Positions 37,430 to 41,798 of a DNA stretch of 41,798 nucleotides are shown here, piece by piece (within the stretch, counting starts at the first letter, position 1; the number at the start of each line of letters is the position of its first letter). The DNA is taken from NCBI RefSeq assembly GCF_001194135.2, contig NC_068982.1:47661882-47703679 (forward strand), written 5' to 3'. The DNA is from Octopus bimaculoides. Its lineage: Eukaryota. The notes beneath the pieces are model-generated. The model made no database searches. It saw only the letters and a program-made list of their open reading frames with translations, and had not been told where the DNA came from. A program made the position numbers and the translations under genes.

Positions 37430-37990
37430 TAAGGAGTATATCCATCCATCCATCCAGCCAGCCAGACAGCCCACCATCGATCGATCGATCGATCGATCGA
37501 TCGATCCATCGATCCATCGATCCATCGATCGATCGATCCATCCAGCCAGCCATCCATCCATCCAGCCAGCCAGCCAGCCAGCCAGCCAACCATCCAGCCA
37601 ACCATCCATCCATCCATCCATCCAACCAGCCAGCCAGCCAGCCAGCCATTCATCCATCCATTCATCTTCTCTGCCTGTTATTCTTGGTAGGGCTGTGGGG
37701 ATAGAGTCTTTAGGTACCTCCTCCACAGGGTCCAATTACGAGCAACTGTCATTAGACTTTTTGGATGGATTCCCAGACACGACCAACTGAAACTATGGAT
37801 TAATCCAGCCATCTTGTACTTGGTCAATCCCTTTGTTTCCTGCCAGTTGATTCAGTTTGAAGAATCTATCTTGTGGTTCTTTCCGGTAAACGAAGAGTGT
37901 ATTAATATTTAAATGTACCGAATATGGAACCCCCATGCAATTGATTGACCTACTAGAATTAGCTCTTGACCATCTCTGAAACTACTTTCT
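37430..37990 (-). mobile_element. Expander/Rex3-like RTE LINE 3' end with expanded (GGAT)-derived tail
   Basis: With one frameshift: [67 protein letters not shown], then GAAGATGAATGGATGGATG and (GGCT)/(GGAT)/(CGAT) arrays. Confidence 0.75.
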
Positions 37991-38617
37991 ATCACCTGCT
38001 CATTTTAGACAGACACAAATAAGAGCAAGAGCTACAATAAAAGGACATACATATGCATATTTGAGTCAGTGTGCATACTCTTTTTAGCTACCCCTTCAAC
38101 TTCTGGTCAGTCAGCAGTCACCAAGAAGATATGCTTCATATAATCCCCTTTACTTTGGTTGCTTTTTATCTTTCATTTTTTTCATTTTTTTTCTTGTCTT
38201 TTCACCTCTCTTTTCTCTCTACATTTAATCCCCAAGAATGACAATTTTCAAAACATCATGATTAAAAGTTTTTCCATTTCTCTGAGCATCAGATTAATAA
38301 TTTTGATTGTGAATGAATTATCTCACTTTTTGTTCATTTTCTATACATATGTATGCATGGCTGTATGTATTTATTTACATATGAGTGTGTGTGTGTATAT
38401 ATACATATATATATATACATACATAGACACACACACACATATATAAAATTCTGTGAATACACTACTCATACTTTGCTGTAATACTGCCTGGATTTACCTT
38501 GAATTTTACCTAAGGACATGCGGATTAACATCTATACCCTTTGGAAAATGAACTGTGAACTTTATTTCCTTATTTCATTACTTTCTACTCTTCTATTTCA
38601 TTGCTTATTATCTGTGA

Positions 38618-38661
<44 letters not shown>

Positions 38662-38695
38662 NNNNNNNNNNTTTTGTGAATTCTCCCTATATATG

Positions 38696-38740
<45 letters not shown>

Positions 38741-38744
38741 GCGT

Positions 38745-38828
38745 AGCCATCTGGTTCACCAGTCCTCAGTCAAATTGTCCAACCCATGCTAGCATGGAAA
38801 ACGGACGATAAATGATGATGATGATCAT
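38745..38828 (+). mobile_element. Very short RTE tail copy
   Basis: CACCAGTCCTCAGTCAAATTGTCCAACCCATGCTAGCATGGAAAACGGACGATAAATGATGATG. Confidence 0.8.
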
Positions 38829-38899
38829 CATCATATATGTATATATATATATATATATATTTAGTATAATTCGAGTAAAAACCTTGTAACATGCATTAA

Positions 38900-39473
38900 A
38901 GAGCTGTTATGTAGTTGCTTGGCTACCACATGTTGTTCTACAGTAAGGTATATTCTAGGGCTGGATACACATGTGGAACTCCTCTTTGCATAAGAATTAT
39001 ATAAGAATGTTATATTATTCTCATATTTGTAGCACCTCAAAGATCAGGAACCCCATCCAGTATGTAGTGGAAGATCTTAGAATGGCTGGGCCTCTACATG
39101 AATGGGAACAGGTGCTGCAAGCTTTGCATAGCTGAGTGAACTAAGATACTTAAAGACTCTCTAAAACTTGGGTCACTGAATACTTACCAAGAAATATTCA
39201 CACCATGCATCCATTTAAAGGGCTACTTGCAGCAAACATGGGATTCCCCATTCACTGATTGAACTTGGAAAAGTCCTTATGATCCATTAGAAAGGATAGG
39301 TACCTCATTCTCCATTTAGTTGGTCTAGAGAGGATAACTCATCCTCACTTGCTGGACCTTTTATTCTCTGATGATCCTTTGACCTTTGGCTGTAACAACT
39401 TTCCACCTCCAATAGGTGAAAAGTTAATTTTGTACTCGGACTAGAGTCTGATGAGTTGTCCATGAAACTATAG
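38900..39473 (+). mobile_element. Penelope-like element 3' end: decayed GIY-YIG C-terminus plus pseudo-LTR
   Basis: LYKNVILFSYL*HLKDQ/GTPSSM*WKILEWLGLYMNGNRCCKLCIAE*TKILKDSLKLGSLNTYQEIFTPCIH resembles PLE 'T.LS.YIW.LK....I.W.IL....Y......C.LC..EK..I......LN...E....C.H'. Confidence 0.75.
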
Positions 39474-39477
39474 CTTT

Positions 39478-40060
39478 CATCATAATTTAATGTTCATCTT
39501 CCATGCTGGCATGGGTGGAATGGTCTGACAAGAGCTGGCTAGACAGAAGCCTGCACCAGACTTCTGTAACTGTTTTTGGCAGGATTTTTACAGCTGAGAG
39601 CTCTTCCTAACACAAACAACACAGCAGAGTGGACTTAGTGCTTTTTATGTGGCACAAGCACAGGTGAGATCAGTTTAGGCAAGGTTTTTACACCTGGATA
39701 CTCTTCCAAATGCTTACCACTTTACAGTGTGGACTGGATGCTTTTAAGTGGCACCTGCACTGACAGGGTCACCAAGTACTTGCAAGACCAAAAAAATCAA
39801 ATCTATTTTGAGAGGTGAGGAGGCATTGGAGGAGGTGGATGATGAAAAGTTATAGTGAGACAGAGAGAGAGAAACAGGTGTCTTGCTGTAGAAGAGGTAC
39901 AAGGTTACCAGACCAGAGAGAAAGAGAGAGAGATCAGGAATGGAGACAGAGACAGGTGTACTGCCGCAAAGGAAATACATAGTTACCGAATCTGAAGGAA
40001 GTGCAGGACAAGGAGTGAGAGAGTGGGAGACAGCAGGATAGAGATGTGGCAAAATGCTGG
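39478..40060 (-). mobile_element. Element with RTE-type tail (second subfamily) and non-coding body
   Basis: Reverse complement of the 9645-9782 tail plus GGATGCTTTTAAGTGGCACCTGCAC units. Confidence 0.65.
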
Positions 40061-40207
40061 GCCTACTCTCAAGAGATGAGAATCAGAATATAAATGGGAT
40101 GCTTGATATTGTGAAGGAAAGAGTGTGGAGAGGGGAGTGAGTGGCAGATGCAAAACCATTAATCACTCTATGACCAGACATTAACTTTTTTACTTTATGT
40201 GTGTGTG

Positions 40208-40422
40208 TGGCGGTGAGCTGGCAGAAACGTTAGCACACAGGGCGAAATGCTTAGTGGCATTTCGTCTGTCTTTACATTCTGAGTTCAAATTCTGCTGAGG
40301 TTGACTTTGCTTTTCATCCTTTCGGGGTCAATAAATAAGTACCAGTTACATACTGGTGTCGGTCTAATTGACTGGTCCCCTCCCCCAAAATTCGGGCCTT
40401 GTGCTCAGAATAGAAAAGAAAG
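40208..40422 (+). mobile_element. SINE family A, full length, short-tail variant
   Basis: GGCGGTGAGCTGGCAGAAACGTTAGCAC...CCCCTCCCCCAAAATTCGGGCCTTGTGCTCAGAATAGAAAAGAA. Confidence 0.88.
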
Positions 40423-40966
40423 AATGTGTGTGTGTGTGTGTGTGTCTGTGTGTGCCTGTGTGTATGTATGTGCATTTGTGTGTTGAAATAAGGTACGTGG
40501 TTTTGCAANNNNNNNNNNNNNNNNNNNNNNNNNNNNNNNNNNNNNNNNNNNNNNNNNNNNNNNNNNNNNNNNNNNNNNNNNNNNNNNNNNNNNNNNNNNN
40601 NNNNNNNNNNNNNNNNNNGGTTTCAAATATTGAACTTTGTTTGTTGGTTAAAGCAGTCATTATTTGCTCATGTCTAGTCAGCTGAAAATATTTTTCTCTT
40701 TTTTTCTTTCAATTTAAAAAAAAATTTTTTTTGCAAAGCTTGTATAATCATAGACATTATCATGTTCGATTTGTGTCACCCAACAAATATTCTTCCTTTA
40801 AGAACCAGCAGTCTGATAAAAAGAAAATGCATATATGCATGTGTATGTGTGTGTATGTGCAGATATACACACACATGCACACACACACACGCACACACAC
40901 ACACACACGCACACACGCACACACACACACACACACACACGCACACACACACACATAGAGAGAGAG

Positions 40967-41262
40967 AGGATGCATGTCCAAGTGGTTAGTATGTTGCACT
41001 CATGATTGCAAGATCGTGGTTTCAATTCCTAGATTGGGTAGTATGTTGTGTTCTTGAGCAAAACACTTCATCTCTGCAATCACTTTGACACCTGATGTGT
41101 GGTACACTGTGGATCTGTTCAGACAATGTCAATTTGATTGAGAGAGTGAGCCAATATGTGGTGCATACATTTGATCACAATAAACAAATTTTTCGTGCAG
41201 ATCAATTGGTAAGAAGCTGAACGTTCATATGTTGTCTTCGACAGGAGAGTCCATCATACATA
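40967..41262 (+). mobile_element. tRNA-derived SINE, further family
   Basis: GGATGCATGTCCAAGTGGTTAG...GGTTTCAATTCC...TTGAGCAAAACACTTCA; ends GACAGGAGAGTCCAT(CATA)n. Confidence 0.65.
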
Positions 41263-41324
41263 CAAATATACATACATACATACATACACCCCGCCACACA
41301 TATATATGTATATTTATATATTCG

Positions 41325-41540
41325 CTTTTACTCTTTTACTTTTATTTGTTTCAGTCATTTGACTGTGGCCATGCCGGAACACCGCTTTTAGTTGAAGAAA
41401 TTGACCCCAGGACTTATTCTTTGTAAGCCTAGTACTAATTCTATTGGTCCCTTTTGAACTGCTAAGTTATGGGGACATAAACATGCCAACATCGGCTGTC
41501 AAGCAATGGTAGGGGGACAAATACAGATATACAAACATAT
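41325..41540 (-). mobile_element. SINE family B, 3' half
   Basis: TTTTATTTGTTTCAGTCATTTGACTGTGGCCATGC...GGGGGACAAATACAG. Confidence 0.85.
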
Positions 41541-41616
41541 ACACACACGTACACACATATATACATATATGTATATATATATATATATAAATATATATAT
41601 ATATAAACAATTGCAG

Positions 41617-41798
41617 CATGGGAGGTGTTTATAAGCCATTTAAGAAACACACAAAAACTGTTAGCAGCACGGAATTTTGTCAGTGAACAGGTCGCAGTCT
41701 CAAAGCGACAAAAATATTTTGGCAAATTAAATTTAAATGTTTAAGTGAATCTAACGGCTTTTGTGTGTTTCTTAAATGGCTTATAAACACCTTCCACG
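41617..41798. mobile_element. Small element with ~48-bp terminal inverted repeats (may extend past the window end)
   Basis: GG(G/A)AGGTGTTTATAAGCCATTTAAGAAACACACAAAA..GTTAG at 41617-41664 mirrored at 41751-41798. Confidence 0.8.

Noticed and set aside
37370-37790. WMDG/PSIH repeat ORFs
   Set aside because: Tetranucleotide tail of a LINE.

Overview
AT-rich eukaryotic DNA with about 3 kb of N gaps. It consists almost entirely of transposon relics, SINEs and compound microsatellites. The repeat content (tRNA-headed SINEs with internal (TA)/(CA) tracts, RTE LINE tails ending in (GAT)n, TTAA MITEs) looks like a cephalopod, most likely Octopus; this is pattern recognition, not a database result. 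I cannot support any host protein-coding gene, and the supplied ORFs are nearly all microsatellite or N-gap artefacts. Recognisable protein relics: RTE reverse-transcriptase C-termini (several), an Expander/Rex3-like RTE end, three stacked restriction-like-endonuclease (R4/Dong-type) LINE 3' ends, a Penelope GIY-YIG end with a hammerhead-like motif, mariner/Tc1 and hAT transposase fragments. The most unusual items are a fold-back (TTAGGG)n-(CCCTAA)n structure at 14.0-14.6 kb, two long hairpins (29.2 and 33.6 kb), a perfect RFX X-box near a 198-bp duplication, and close inverted SINE pairs. Coordinates were counted by hand. Interspersed-repeat ends are approximate (about +/-10-20 nt) unless a TIR or TSD is quoted.
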